64,000 bases of DNA from Malacoraja senta (Eukaryota), in the NCBI GenBank assembly GCA_038087875.1, contig CM075991.1, positions 10,542,001-10,606,000 on the forward strand, read 5' to 3'. Below, one piece after another: positions 24,016-36,829 of the stretch. Numbering within the stretch: the stretch's first letter is position 1; the number at the start of each line of letters is the position of its first letter. A program made the position numbers and the translations under genes. The notes beneath the pieces were generated by a model. That model saw only the letters and a program-made list of their open reading frames with translations. It was not told where the DNA came from and ran no database searches.

Positions 24016-24430
24016 AGTCACCTTAGTCGTGGTGGAGAAGCTTGTGTGGTCCTGAGATCCTGAGAGCGATGCCGTCTGGAGCTATGCTCCTGGTAGGGCC
24101 ACCCATGGCGGTAAGGTCGAGGGGGAGGTCCCTGACAAAGAGCAATCCAACCAAGACCTCAACGGTGGAACAGGCGGAGGACGATGGCTGACCTTAATGG
24201 AGCGTCACAACGGCTGGGAAGGCGGATGAAGGCTGCAGCAGAAAAGGGTCTCCGGTCGTCTTGGACTCCACGCCACTGGATCCTGACCCAGATCTGTCAA
24301 GGACCGTGTGGTGGCTGTCTGTGCACCAGTCTCCCCACGTTGAACAAAGTCCCGCACAGGCGTCCTCCATATAGGGAATAGCACCCTGGGGACACCCATG
24401 GTCAGCCACGACTGTAGGGAGCCTGAGAAG
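24016..24430 (+). mobile_element. RTE-clade-derived element (RTE/BovB/Expander-like 5' UTR segment)
   Basis: GTCGTGGTGGAGAAGCTTGTGTG...TAGGGCCACCCATGGCGG...CTGACAAAGAGC resembles the conserved RTE 5' UTR as I recall it. Confidence 0.55.
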
Positions 24431-25058
24431 ATGGGCTTTGTACACAAGTCTCTGAAAGCTCATCTGCCGATGAAGTGAGGTAATCGGCATGTTGGCTTCA
24501 TTATGAGAGCATTTGACTACTGGAGTAAAGATGTACACAGCATTTACATAATGCCTAGGGAGACCGCACCTGGCATATTGTGTACGCAGTTTAGTTTAGA
24601 GAGACAACGCGAAAACAGGCCCTTTGGCGCACAGAGTCCGTGCCGCCCAACACATTACACTACCCTATGCACACTAGGGACAATGTTTACATTTAGATAT
24701 TTATACTAAGCCGAGGAAGGATAATTGCCTGTGGGGCCACTCTGAAACAATCAAGGAAGGGCCTGTCCCACTTGTGCGATTTTTTTCAGCGACTTGCCGG
24801 CACTCGTCATAGTTGCAGCAGGTTACCAAACGTTGAAAATCCAGTGGTGACCAGAAAAAGGTACGACTCTTTGGGAGACTACTCACGACCATACAGGCCT
24901 CACCCCGCGACATTCCTCGCACACACGTACAGGTTTGCAGGCTAATTGGCCTGGTTAAATTTGTAAGTTGTCCTTGAGAAAGTGGAGTGACACAGAATGG
25001 ACTCATCTTTGGAGGGAATTGGACCAGCAACATCTTTGGAGGGAATTGGACAGAAGAC

Positions 25059-25843
25059 ATTTCGGGGCAAAAACAGGAAAGTAGACTATTATCTGAATGG
25101 TGGCCGATTAGGAGAAGGGGAGATGCAACGAGACCTGGGTGTCATGGTACACCAGTCATTGAAAGTAGGCATGCAGGTGCAGCAGGCAGTGAAGAAAGCG
25201 AATGGCATGTTAGCTTTCATAGCAAAAGGATTTGAGTATAAGAGCAGGGAGGTTCTACTGCAGTTGTACAGGGTCTTGGTGAGGCCACACCTGGAGTATT
25301 GCGTACAGTTTTGGTCTCCTAATCTGAGGAAGGACATTCTTGCCATAGAGGGAGTACAGAGAAGGTTCACCAGACTGATTCCTGGGATGGCAGGACTTTC
25401 ATATGAAGAAAGACTGGATAGACTCGGCTTGTACTCGCTAGAATTTAGAAGATTGGGAGGGGATCTTATAGAAACTTACAAAATTCTTAAGGGGTTGGAC
25501 AGGCTAGATGCAGGAAGATTATTCCCGATGTTGTCCAGAACAAGGGGTCACAGTTTAAGGATAAGGGGGAAGTCTTTTAGGACCGAGATGAGAAAATCAT
25601 TTTTTACACAGAGAGTGGTGAATCTGTGGAATTCTCTGCCACAGAAGGTAGTTGAGGCCAGTTCATTGGCTATATTTAAGAGGGAGTTAGATGTGGCCCT
25701 TGTGGCTAAAGGGATCAGGGGGTATGGAGAGAAGGCAGGTACAGGATACTGAGTTGGATGATCAGCCATGATCATATTGAATGGCGGTGCAGGCTCGAAG
25801 GGCCGAATGGCCTACTCCTGCACCTATTTTCTATGTTTCTATG
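25059..25843 (+). mobile_element. Young CR1/HER1-type LINE 3' fragment with open RT C-terminal frame
   Basis: ORF 24997-25752 (RDLGVMVHQSLK...KKANGMLAFI...FTQRVVNLWNSLP); (TTCTATGT)n tail. Confidence 0.92.
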
Positions 25844-27304
25844 TAACCCTTCTTCGGACTCGCAGATAATGTTTAGGCTCAGGACCCTTCTTCAGGCCCA
25901 ATCTGAAGAAAAGCCCTAACCCGATACATGGTCTGTGCATTCCCTCCACAGATGCCTCTTGACCCACTGAGTTCCTCCAGCACATTGTGTTTTACACAGG
26001 AGTGTTAACAATATGTGCACATTGAAGATCATATTACTCGATTCAATGTATCGTTGCCACACACCAAGCATGAAATCGGAAACAAATGGGATGGGCCAGT
26101 GGACTATAATAGCATATTGAAAGAGCATGTAACAATCTTAAGGCAAAATAGAAATTCCGTACGACTTGCAGTAATTGCAAATAGAGTTTTATATTTAAAA
26201 AAAGACCTGAATTTCTAATCCAGTCGTATTGGGAATTTCCCATTTTATTAACCAATTAAATCTGAAACCTCGAAGCTATGCCCTCTAGTCTTTGATATTT
26301 TCATGTTGGGAAAAATGTTCTGTCTAGGAAGTAGTAAGGTACAGGGCAGCATGGTGGCGCAGCGGTAGAGCTGCTGCCTTTCAGTACCAGGGACCCGGGT
26401 TTGATCCTGACCTTAAGGGCTTTAAAGAGCTTTGGGATGTTCAGAAGATACGTCCAAAAGCCAGACATAAGAGACTGCAGGAATCTTGAGTAAAAATCAA
26501 ACTGCTGGAGGAATTCTATCCCATAACCACTGCTGACCTCTGCTGAATGCATGTCCATTCATCCTTGATTTATGTTCATAAGTCATAGGAGCAGAATTAG
26601 GCCATTCGGCCCATCAAATCCAATCTGCCATTCAATCGTGGCTGATCTATCTTCTCCTCTCAACCCCATTCCCCTGCCTTCTCCCCATAGTCTTTGACAC
26701 CCGTACTAATCAAGAATCTGTGGATCTCCACTGTAAAAATACCCATGACTTGGTCTCCACCATTGTCTGGAGCAGTGAATTCCACAGATTCACCACCCTC
26801 TGGCTGAAGAACGTTGGTTGGTTCCTGCATCCGTCATGCCACCCCAAGAATCAGCCTGGTGAACCTTTGCTGAACTTCCTCCATTGCACCAACATTCTTC
26901 CTCAAATAAGAAGACCAGAACTGCACACAATGAAGCTATGCCTGCCAAGTACAGGTTGGAATGGAAAATATGGTTTTGTTTGAACTTGCATTTAAGAAGT
27001 TTCAGTCAAAAATAACAATGTTCGGTCCTCGTAAGGCTCACTTACTCAACCAAATCACATCCCAGGTTGCTGCAGATTTCACTCACAGTGTCATTGAGAG
27101 TCATACAGTGTGGAAACAGGACCTTTGGCCCAATTTGCCCACCCGACCAACATGTCCCATCTACACTAGTCCCACCTGCCTGCATTTGACTCTTGTCCCT
27201 CCAAACCTGTCCTATCCATGTACCTGTTTAAATATTTCTTAAACATTGTGATAGTCCCTGCCTGTGGCCATGTAAAGCACAAGTCCCCTGGTATGTACAA
27301 GTGA

Positions 27305-27500
27305 CAGATACCATAGTGGTATTGCAGATATACTGGCATTGCAGATATGATACTGGCATTGCAGATATGATACTGGCATTGCAGATATGATACTGGCTTT
27401 GCAGATATGATACTGGCATTGCAGATATGAGAGCAGCATTGCAGATACAATAGTGGCAATGCAGATATGATACTGGCATTGCAGATACAATAGTGGCATT
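27305..27500. repeat. 20-bp minisatellite
   Basis: About 9-10 copies of GCAGATATGATACTGGCATT with variants. Confidence 0.9.
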
Positions 27501-28257
27501 TTAAGAGACTTTTCGATAGGCACATGGATGTGCAGCAAATGGAGGGATATTGATTATGTGCTGGCAGATAAGAGTTGGTCTTGGCAACATGTTTGGCACA
27601 GACATTGTGGGCCAAAGGGCCTGTTCTTCTGCTGTACTGTCCTATGTGATTGAGCTCTGCAGATTTCACTTATTTTGTGTGGTCAGTGCCAGTGGAAAGA
27701 TAGGGTGGGTGAAGAGACTTTTGATAGCAAAATATTTTTTTAATACACTGTAAAGATCGGTGGAGACTCCAGAGGAGGAAATGATCGTCCCGTGACCTTT
27801 CAAATACAGTAAACTCTTGTTATAATGAAGAGTAGAGGGGAATGATATCCTTTATTGCCAGTTGTCCACTATAACCTAGTAAGGGATTGTCTACAATAAC
27901 CTGTAGGAAGGAACCGCAGACGCTGGTTTATACCGAAGATAGACACAAAATGCTGGAGTAACTCAGCGGGACAGGCAGCATCTCTGGAGTGACGTTTCGG
28001 GTCGAGACCCTCATTACTTCTCCCCAGAGATGCTGCCTGTCCCACTGAGTTACTCCAGCATTTTGTGTCTACCTTCGATTTAAACCAGCATCTGCAGTTC
28101 CTTCCTACACATTTTATCAGCGAGAGGGACTGGATATCAAGGTAACTGAGGCCAGTTGCTGTTTAATTTACGTTTCTGAGGCATTATAAGAACTTGTTGC
28201 GAGTACACTGTATCATTTACAGGTGGCAACAAATTCTGGACATTTTATACCTGCGTC

Positions 28258-28557
28258 AGGGTGGCGCAGCGGTAGAGTTGTAGCCTTCCAACGCCAGAGA
28301 CCCGGGTCCGATCCCGACTTGGGTGCTGTCTGTACGCAGTTTGTACGTTCTCCCTGTGACCGCGTGGGTTTTCTCCTGGTGCTTCGGTTTCCTCCCACAC
28401 TTCAAGGACGGACAGGTTTGCAGGTTAATTGGCTTCGGTAAGGATTGTACATCGTCCGCAGTGTGTCGGATAGTGCTAGTGTACGGGGATCGCTGGTCGG
28501 CGCAGAATCGGTCGGCGTGTTTCCGCGCTGTAACTCTAACCAAAACAAAACTAAACT
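28258..28557 (+). mobile_element. V-SINE (HE1-like)
   Basis: tRNA head, V-domain, (ACTAA)n tail. Confidence 0.82.
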
Positions 28558-29831
28558 GGGCATATCTGGGTCACCTCTGCATAAGTACGCCAACCACTAG
28601 GAGCTGTAGGGCATAGGTTTAAGGTGATAGGGGAAAGATTTCATAGAAACCCGAGGGGCATTTTGGTTTTCACACAGGGTGGTAGGTGTATGGAACAAGC
28701 TGCCAGAATTGGTAGAACAAATGCTGTTCTATGCCAACAATAGGCACAGAGTCCTGGAGTAACTCAGCGGGTCGGGCAGCATCTCTGGAGTAATAGGATA
28801 GGTGACGTTTTGGGTCGGGACCCTTCTTCAGACTGTAAAGTCACCCAACCCTTTTCGCCAGCGATGCTGCCCGACCCGCTGAATTAATCCAGCACTGTGT
28901 CCATCTTTGCCAGCATTGGTGGTCAAAGCAGGTTCAATAACAATATTTAAAAGACATTTGAACAGGTACATGGATAGGAAAGGTTTAGAGGGATATGTTT
29001 TGATGGAGCATTTCTGTCAGCATGAACGAGTTGAACCCAATGGCCTGTTTCTATGCTGCATGAGTCTATGACTCTAACCTAATACAATGTGGTGTACATG
29101 ATGTCTAGGGCAAGTATAATCCATTAAGTTTACAATAAAACTGTATAGAGAGGACCAAAGCAATAGGATTTCCAGTCTTGTGAGTTTGTGACTCTCTAAA
29201 GATGCATTGTTTGTATCAGGTGATGGAACCGGGTTGCAAGGGACTACTGTTCAGCCATAAATGCTGCCATTCAAGTACTTGTGGCTTTCAATATTATTTC
29301 ATGGGGAGATTGCTTCAAGATAGAGAAATCGAACAGTATGGAGGATTCTCTTCCCAATTTTTCAAACATTTTCCTTAAATCTCGTGACAGATAATTTGCA
29401 AAAAGTCATCGATTGTTGCTCACCAACTTCAAAGAGTATTCCATGATCTGAACTGGTAGAGTACCCTGTGCAGATCGTACAGTGCACCATTCTTGTACTG
29501 AATTGGTATATTCTTTCTTCAGAACAGTTGTACTTACAGCAGGGAAGAATCGTGGCATTTTGTCTCAGCATATCATAGTCGAATTATTTCAGTTTCAATT
29601 AGGCAAGGAATGCATCAGAGCTGGGTCTGTATTAAACTCGGACAAAGTAGATATTTTCTGAAGAATATTTTCTGAAGTCCGTTACTTCAAATTGTGGATG
29701 ATCAGCCACGATCACATTGAATGGCGGTGCTGGCTCGAAGGGCCAAATGGCCTACTCCTGCACCTATTGTCTGTTGTCTATTACGCATAGGGTGAGGTGA
29801 TGGGAGACTGTGAGAGGGAGGTAATGAGGGA

Positions 29832-29942
29832 AGTCTGGTGGGATGAAGATGTAACTCATGTGAAAACACTTGAGGAATATGGGTTAGTCTGGTGGGATGA
29901 AGATGTAACTCATGTGAAAACACTTGAGGAATATGGGTTAGT
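29832..29942. repeat. Perfect 54-bp tandem duplication
   Basis: AGTCTGGTGGGATGAAGATG...GAATATGGGTT twice (starts 29832 and 29886). Confidence 0.9.
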
Positions 29943-30975
29943 GGGACGACAGAAAGGGAGTCTATGTTACTGGGAATAGACATAAAAACGCTGGAGTAAC
30001 TCAGCGGATCAGGCAGCATCTCTGGAGGAAAGGAATGGGTGACCCTCCTTCAGTCTGATTTATCGTGAATTTGTATTGGTGTTGGGTTAATATTGACGCA
30101 CATCCTGAGATACATAGACACAAAATGCTGGAGTAACTCAGCGGGTGAGGCAGCATCTATGGAGCGAAGGAATTGTCGACATTCCGGGTGTCGACCCGAA
30201 AGGTCGCCCATTCCTTCTCTCCATAGATGCTGCCTCACCCGCTGAGTTACTCCAGCATTTTGTGTCTACCTTCGATTTTACCAGCATCTGCAGTTCTTTC
30301 AGTCGACATACATACAGTCGAACATGTTCGGCGCAGGCAGTGTGGGCCGAAGGGCCGGTTCTTGTGCTGCACTGTTCTCCGTGAGTGTACTCTGCAGTTT
30401 TCACCGCTTCATGTGCAGCTAGGCGGGTGAAGAGACTTTTAATAGGAAAATACTTTTTTAATATAAAAATTCTGTGGAGACTCCAGAGCAAAACAAAATG
30501 AGTGTCACATGGCTTTTAAAATAGTTTGCCTGAAGCCGAATAAGGAAGTGAAACATTTGTCCAAAAAAATAATTGTATGGGTGCCAACACTGCCTCAGTT
30601 ACTATTGAGCTTGGTGGTGGGTTGGATTAGGGTCAGGATATATATTGGGGGCACAAGACCAGGGAAGCTGGTGTGGAGTCCAGAGGGAGATTCACAGCAA
30701 GGGATACAACTGATGCGCTATAGTATGTGGCAGCACGGTGGAGCAGCGTTAGAGCTGCTACCTCACAGCACAGAGACCCAGGTTCAATCCTGACTACGGG
30801 TGCTGTCTGTACGGAGTTTGTACGTTCTCCCCGTGACTGCACAGGTTTACTCCGTGTGCTCCAGTTTCCTCCCACACTCCAAATATGTGTAGGTTTGTAG
30901 GTCAATTGGCTTGGTGAAGTAGTGGCCCCAGTACCGACCCCTGCGGAACTCCACTAGTCACAGGTATCCAGTTAC

Positions 30976-31488
30976 TAGGGTTGCCAACTGTCCCGTATTA
31001 GCCGGGACATCCCGTATATTGGGCTAAATTGGTTTGTCCCGTTCGGGACCGCCCTTGTCCCGTATTTGACTGCTACCACTCGGGTCGAGGGGACTGTCGG
31101 GTCAGAGCGCCGCGTCCGGCCTCGCCTCACCCGTCCCGACGTAGTGCAGCCCATGGAGTGCAGCAGCAGCTTCTCGCCAGTGGCCCCGTCGGTCGGTCGG
31201 CAGCCCGGCCAGCTGTCCGACCTTCGGACCTTCGCTTACCGCCGACACCACCACCACCCTCCTTCTCGTGGCCGATCATCGGTTCATGAGTTGGATGGGG
31301 TGCTGGACTTCGGGCCAAAACTCCTCAGCTGGCCCGCCGGCTGGGCTTTGTGTACAGTCCAGCACCCGGGGCCAACTCATCGTTCACCCAGCCACGGCCG
31401 AGTCGGTCAACGAATTGCCGTCGGGAATTTGTCCCGCATTTTGACCGTTTGTCCCTTATTTGGGAGTGTGAGAAAGTTGGCAACTCGA
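30976..31488. mobile_element. Non-autonomous hAT (Blackjack-like) DNA transposon
   Basis: TIR TAGGGTTGCCAACT / AGTTGGCAACTCGA; subterminal GTCCC repeats; 8-bp TSD CCAGTTAC/CTAGTTAC. Confidence 0.78.
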
Positions 31489-32382
31489 CTAGTTACAGAT
31501 GCTGATGTCAGGAAGGAGCAGCTTGTGGTTCCTCTCTTGACTTTTGTTGAGGTTTGCCAAAGCATTTCTGCCCCTTCATCTGGAATGTGTCTGGGACGAG
31601 CTGCATGTTTGTCTGTGGATCTGCACCCGGCATTCGTCAGACTGATAACTCCAGGCCAAACCTCTGGCCTCTCACTCCAATCCCTTTCGCTGCTTATCAC
31701 TGGGTTGCAGAACAGAGCAGATCCCGTGGATAAAACAGGCTGCAAGGCATGTACACACACACACATACACCGCTATTGCTTAAGACAGGGTGGGGGGAGG
31801 GAGGGCGTTTGAATTCCAACCCAGCCAGCAACTCAAACTGGATATAGACACAAAATGCTAGAGTAACTCAGTGGGACAGGCAGCATCTCTCTTCAGTATG
31901 ACTCTATCTGTAATTGAAACAATTGTGGATACACTCAGCAGGTCAAGCAGCATCCGTGGTAAAAGAACATCTCAGGCCCCAAGCCCTTCGTCAAAACAGG
32001 GTTTTGGACCCAACCATTAACTCTGATTCCATCTGGTGCCTGACCTCGTGTTTTATATGCGAGCCAGTTTAAATATTCCCCTCAATGGAAACAAAAATAT
32101 AGCAAGTTATAAAGCCGGCTATTGTTCGGCAATCAACTTGAACTTTTGCCTCTTTTTTACTGTTTCTTAATGGTCAAGAATATAGTCATGGGCGTTTAAT
32201 TGCAGTAAGTCCCAGCACTGGAACAGTGACATTGGCACTTGCTTGCAGCTTATCAGGCTTGTTAACACAATGACACACAGGTAAATAGATAATGATCAAT
32301 AATACAATAATAACCATAACATTAGGTGACCATAATAGCGCAAAACCAAAGTCCGCAGTGCTACCGAAGACACAGTCTAGTA

Positions 32383-32697
32383 TAGGGTGATGCAGCGGTA
32401 GAATTGCTGCCATACAGCGCTTGCAATGCCAGAAACCCCGGATCCATCCCGACTACGGGTGCTGTCTGTACGGAGTTTGTACGTTCTCCCCATGACCACG
32501 TGGGTTTTCTCTGCGTTCTTCGTTTTCCTCCCACACTCCAAAGACGTACAGGTTTGTAGGTTAATTGGGTTGGTATAAATGTAAATTGTTCCCCAATGTG
32601 TGTAGGCTTGTGTTCATGTGCGGGAATCACTGGTTGGGGTGGACTCAGTGGGCAGAAGGGCCTATTTCAGCGCTGTAACTCTTAACTAAACTAAACT
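32383..32697 (+). mobile_element. V-SINE (HE1-like)
   Basis: tRNA head, V-domain, (ACTAA)n tail. Confidence 0.8.
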
Positions 32698-32840
32698 GTA
32701 GTTTAGGTTCGAGATACAGCGTGGCACCGGGCCCTTCGGCCGATCGAGTCAGGTCCTTCTTGCCGACCAGCTATCACCCACACACAGTGTGTTCCACCCA
32801 ACACACCAGGGACAATTTACAATTTACAGAAGCCAATTAA

Positions 32841-33068
32841 AGGGCCCGACCCACTTTCACGACCTAATTCATGACCTTTTTTACTCGTGGACAGTTTTCA
32901 TCATGTTGAAAAAACGCCCCGACCTACTTGATGCCACGAGTACCTACGACTAGCATCACGGCCTGCTACGACCTACCTACGACCTCGTGACGACCATGCT
33001 GCGAGTATGAGTCCAGGGCAAACTCGGCAGAGGTCGTGAGTTAGGTCGTGAAAGTAGAACGGGCCCTT
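32841..33068. mobile_element. Harbinger-like MITE (second family, uninterrupted)
   Basis: TIRs AGGGCCCGACCCACTTTCACGACC / GTCGTGAAAGTAGAACGGGCCCT. Confidence 0.7.
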
Positions 33069-33767
33069 TAAATCTCCAGCCAAAGTCAGACCATTTATGA
33101 AATTTGACTGTGGCAACCTCGACTATTCTTGCATTCCTTGACTTAAAAAAATAAAAAAAATCATGTGAAATGAATGAAAACATTCACGAAATCAGGTTTT
33201 TATTTTTGCCTTGTGGCAAAATAAAAACTGCTTTGGGCTTTAGCAAGACATCAAAGATTTGAACAGTTCAACTAGGTTCAAAGCTGTAATATTGACAGAT
33301 ACACAAAAATACAGAGAAGACACCCAAAGATGAGTTCACTGCAACTAATTAAACAATTAAATTCCTAGTTGCAGCAGCTTAGCAAGCACATAATGCAACA
33401 CTCACAGATAATTCATTATATGTTTTTAATTTGCAATAAATTAATAACTAATATTCATGCGTGGGTTTTCTCCGGAATGTCCGGTTTCCTCCCACACTCC
33501 AAGGACGGACAGGTTCGTAGGTTACTTGGCTTGGTATGAATGAAAATTGTCCCGAGTGTGTGTGGGGTAGTGTAAGTGCGCTGGGATGGCTGGTCGGCGC
33601 GGATTCGATGGGCCGAAGGGCCTGTTCCCTCTAAACTCAACCAAACTAAGTGAGAGACCGTGTTGTGAATCAAGTGTTGTTTTTTCTGTGTTAACCTATG
33701 ATATGTATGTCACTTCAGATACCAGTATGCTGTGAACTCTAACATATATACTTCATCTATTGTGCAG

Positions 33768-35577
33768 ACAGGTTCAGAAGGGAGCTCGGTGGATGGCCCC
33801 AGAACAGGCCAAATGGAAGAGGGGCCAACCAACCATGTTGGAGAAAGTAGGTTGAGGTTAGACATGGCTCCGAGCCTGGTGAATGGAGTATGCAGCCAAG
33901 AAGGGCAGCCCATTGCAGTCGATCCGGGCGAGTGGATGGAAGATCCGAGATTCCCTCAACACACCAACGGCAACATCAGCTGGGACGAGACTCAAGTCGT
34001 GAACCAGGTTCGGAACCATGTCAAGGAAGACCTTGGAGCCTCTGGGGACGACAGGAAACTAGCCGCCTTCCCCGAGACGGCGGCCAGCTTACCTTTGTAC
34101 AATTCACCAGCACACAACCCTCAGCCTTTGCAAAAGATGAACCTTAGCGAGAAATGCAACGCAGAGATTAACAACAGCCTTGAACGAGTGCAGTTGATCC
34201 TTCCGATGAGCGATGAATGCCCTCCCGATGATGACTTGAGCACTTTGACCTCTTCATGGGGTCTTCCAAATAAACATGGGAAAAAGCCAGCGCACTACAG
34301 CTGCGATGGCCCGGACTATCTCGAGTGGTTTGAGAGGAAAATCAAAGCTGTGATTGATGTGGGAGAGAACAGGACTTCTGAACTCTCTGATAAAGCCAAT
34401 GAAATGCCTGTGGAAAATGGTGCTCTACAAAATCACATGCTAGGTTTGGAGGAGACCCTTCTCTTTGACTCCTCCGATGTCCCCCAGTATTCTCAGAATG
34501 CGTTGAACATCGCGAAGGAGAAGAACATTAGCCTGCAGACGGCCATTGCCATTGAAGCACTTACGCAGCTGTCGTCAACTCTGCCGCAGCCATTTCTGGA
34601 GGCCTCGCCGCAGATCAACAACAACTCGCAGACCGGCGATGCTTCCTGCAGCTCCATCGATGATAACCAAGTGACGTTGCCCGCGGCGACCGATGCCGCC
34701 AAGGAACGCAGGACGATCGTCACCCCGGGCAACAGCCCCCATCCCAGAATCCCGTGCTCCAGCAACCACTTCCGGGCCACCAGGCCTTCCCAGAATTCCA
34801 AGCCCACGAGCAAACTCCATGGGATCACCTCAAGAAGCCGGCGCCCAGCGAAGCGCACTACATTCCAGCCTTGAAGACGTTGCAGGATCCCTTCAGCGGC
34901 TTCTCCAACTCGGTGGCCGCCGCAAAGCACGACGAGGCGGGGTCCGCCCGCGGAAACGAGGGGCCCGGTGGTGAGGGGGGAGCGCAGGCGCGCAACGCCG
35001 ACCAGCCCGTCGCCCCTCTGAACGACCCCATGAGCGAGTTGAAGCAGCTGTTGGATGGCAACAACGGGAACAAATACCCCGCGGCCCGGCCCAGAGCGGC
35101 CAGCGCCGCCGAGCACCAGGACCCCACCGCCGCCAAAACCCAACAAGACCTGCCCCTGCCGTTCCCCAACTTGTCCGCAGGCGCTGGCTTTTACGGGATG
35201 TTCCCCGAACAGCAGCAGCAGCAGCAGCAGCAGTCCCTCCAATCTATGCAGCAACTGCAAATGCACCAGAGGAGCAAGCACCAGAAGACGCAGGCAGCCT
35301 TGCAGCAACACCTGCACCACAAGCGCAACCTCTTCCAGGAGCAGACCCCGAAGCAGAACCACTTGCACGAGGAGGAACAGCAGCAGCAGCAGCAGTGGTG
35401 GTCCCACCACCAGCCGCACCCGAAGAGACCCAAGCAAAAGAAGCCGGCGCAGGAGAAGAGGAAGCTGCAGCCGCCGCAGAAGCAGCGCAAGGATGCGGCG
35501 CAGCTTCACAAGGCGCAGAACATCCAGCAGCAGCAGCTTTTCATGCACCAGCTCCAACAAATGCAACAGGGCAAACC

Positions 35578-35610
<33 letters not shown>

Positions 35611-36586
35611 CACGCAGTGCCAACCCTTACCTCAGGCAAAGCTGGTTCCTGAAGGGTACCAGCAGGCGGAAACAATACACAACAGCTATGCGGCCGGCGA
35701 GAATCCACAACTCCAGCTCTTCAAGGACTGCCCGATGCAGTCCGGGCTTCGCCCGACTCCTGACGTTCCCCTCCAGAAACAGCCGGAGGGTTCCAAGCCC
35801 GGCGCTCCTTGCGGGTCGCCCACCTTCGATGGGTCCGTGCCCCAGAGGGTGTGCGGCCTCCAGCCAGATCCCTTCTCCTGCGGTCAACCGATGGAAAGAC
35901 ACCCTCAGTCGCCCTCGCTGAAGAGCAGCCCCGTTCAGCAGCCGGAGACCCCCCCCGCACCGCCCCTACTCCAGCAAGGCGAGATGCCCATGCACAGCCC
36001 CCGCTCCTTCGAGGAGAAGATCGAGGAGCTCTTGAAGCAGTTTGAGGCGGAGTTTGAATCCAACTCTGCCGCCCAACAGCAGCAACAGCAGCAGCAGCAG
36101 CAGCAGGCCCAGTTCCCCGGCCACAACCACCCAACGTCTCAGGTAGAAACGAACGGAAACCAAACGCCCTCAGCCGGCCTGCACCACTACCTTCTCGACC
36201 GCCCAGCAGCCTCGACTCCGAGCGGCCAGAAGCGGATTCCACCTCGGGAGCAGTCTGGGTGCACGCTGCCTCCGGAGGCTCCCACCAAGGGCGATGACGC
36301 ACTGCGGGAAAATACAAAGTGTTTTAACAATTCTTTCCTGAGCGGGTCTTCGAAGCACGTGAAAGTCGAATCCTCGGGTGCTATTACAGTGCTGTCCGCT
36401 GTTTATTCGGGGAGAATATGGAGGCGCAGTCTGAAGAAGGTACCCCCACAAAAAACACCCCTCTCAACCCATCCCTCAGTGGCTTTCTGGATTCTCCTTT
36501 GAAATATCTGAACACCCCGACAAAAAGCTTGCTGGACACTCCGTCCAAAAAGGCCCAAATGGAATTTCCAACGTGTGATTGTGTTG
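33768..36586 (+). CDS. TET3: TET3 methylcytosine dioxygenase, large N-terminal coding exon (two apparent 1-nt frameshifts)
   Basis: Acceptor TTGTGCAG|ACA (phase 0), donor G|GTAAGT (phase 1). TET3-specific motifs [81 protein letters not shown] and [31 protein letters not shown] are spread over ORFs 33732-34874, 34754-36502 and 36418-36606. Confidence 0.93.
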
Positions 36587-36829
36587 GTAAGTTTTTAAGG
36601 AGATAACCTCCCATTTATTTGATGATCGTCGCAAAATAACTTGAAGTGTAATTCTGTTGTTGTTAAACCTGGCCGTTTTCACAAGCCCGCTCTCCTGACT
36701 GTGTCACCTGCCCAGACATTCTCATCAACTGAGCTACTTATTCAGTTCGCAGAAGATAGACACAAAACGCTGGGGTAACTCAGCGGGACAGGCAGCATCT
36801 CTGGGTAGAAGGAATGGGTGGTGCTTTGG

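Noticed and set aside
24997..25752. 251-aa ORF as a host gene
   Set aside because: It is the RT C-terminus of a 5'-truncated CR1 LINE repeated many times in the window
27305..27500. CRISPR-like repeat array (also 42618-42781)
   Set aside because: No unique spacers, no cas genes, vertebrate DNA
33719..33767. Upstream AG at 33717-33718 or ORF start 33732 as the exon start
   Set aside because: TET3 similarity begins at TGSE after the AG at 33766-33767, which gives the expected phase 0
34493..35623. 376-aa Leu-rich antisense ORF
   Set aside because: Shadow of the CAG-rich, GC3-rich TET3 frame; no independent motif
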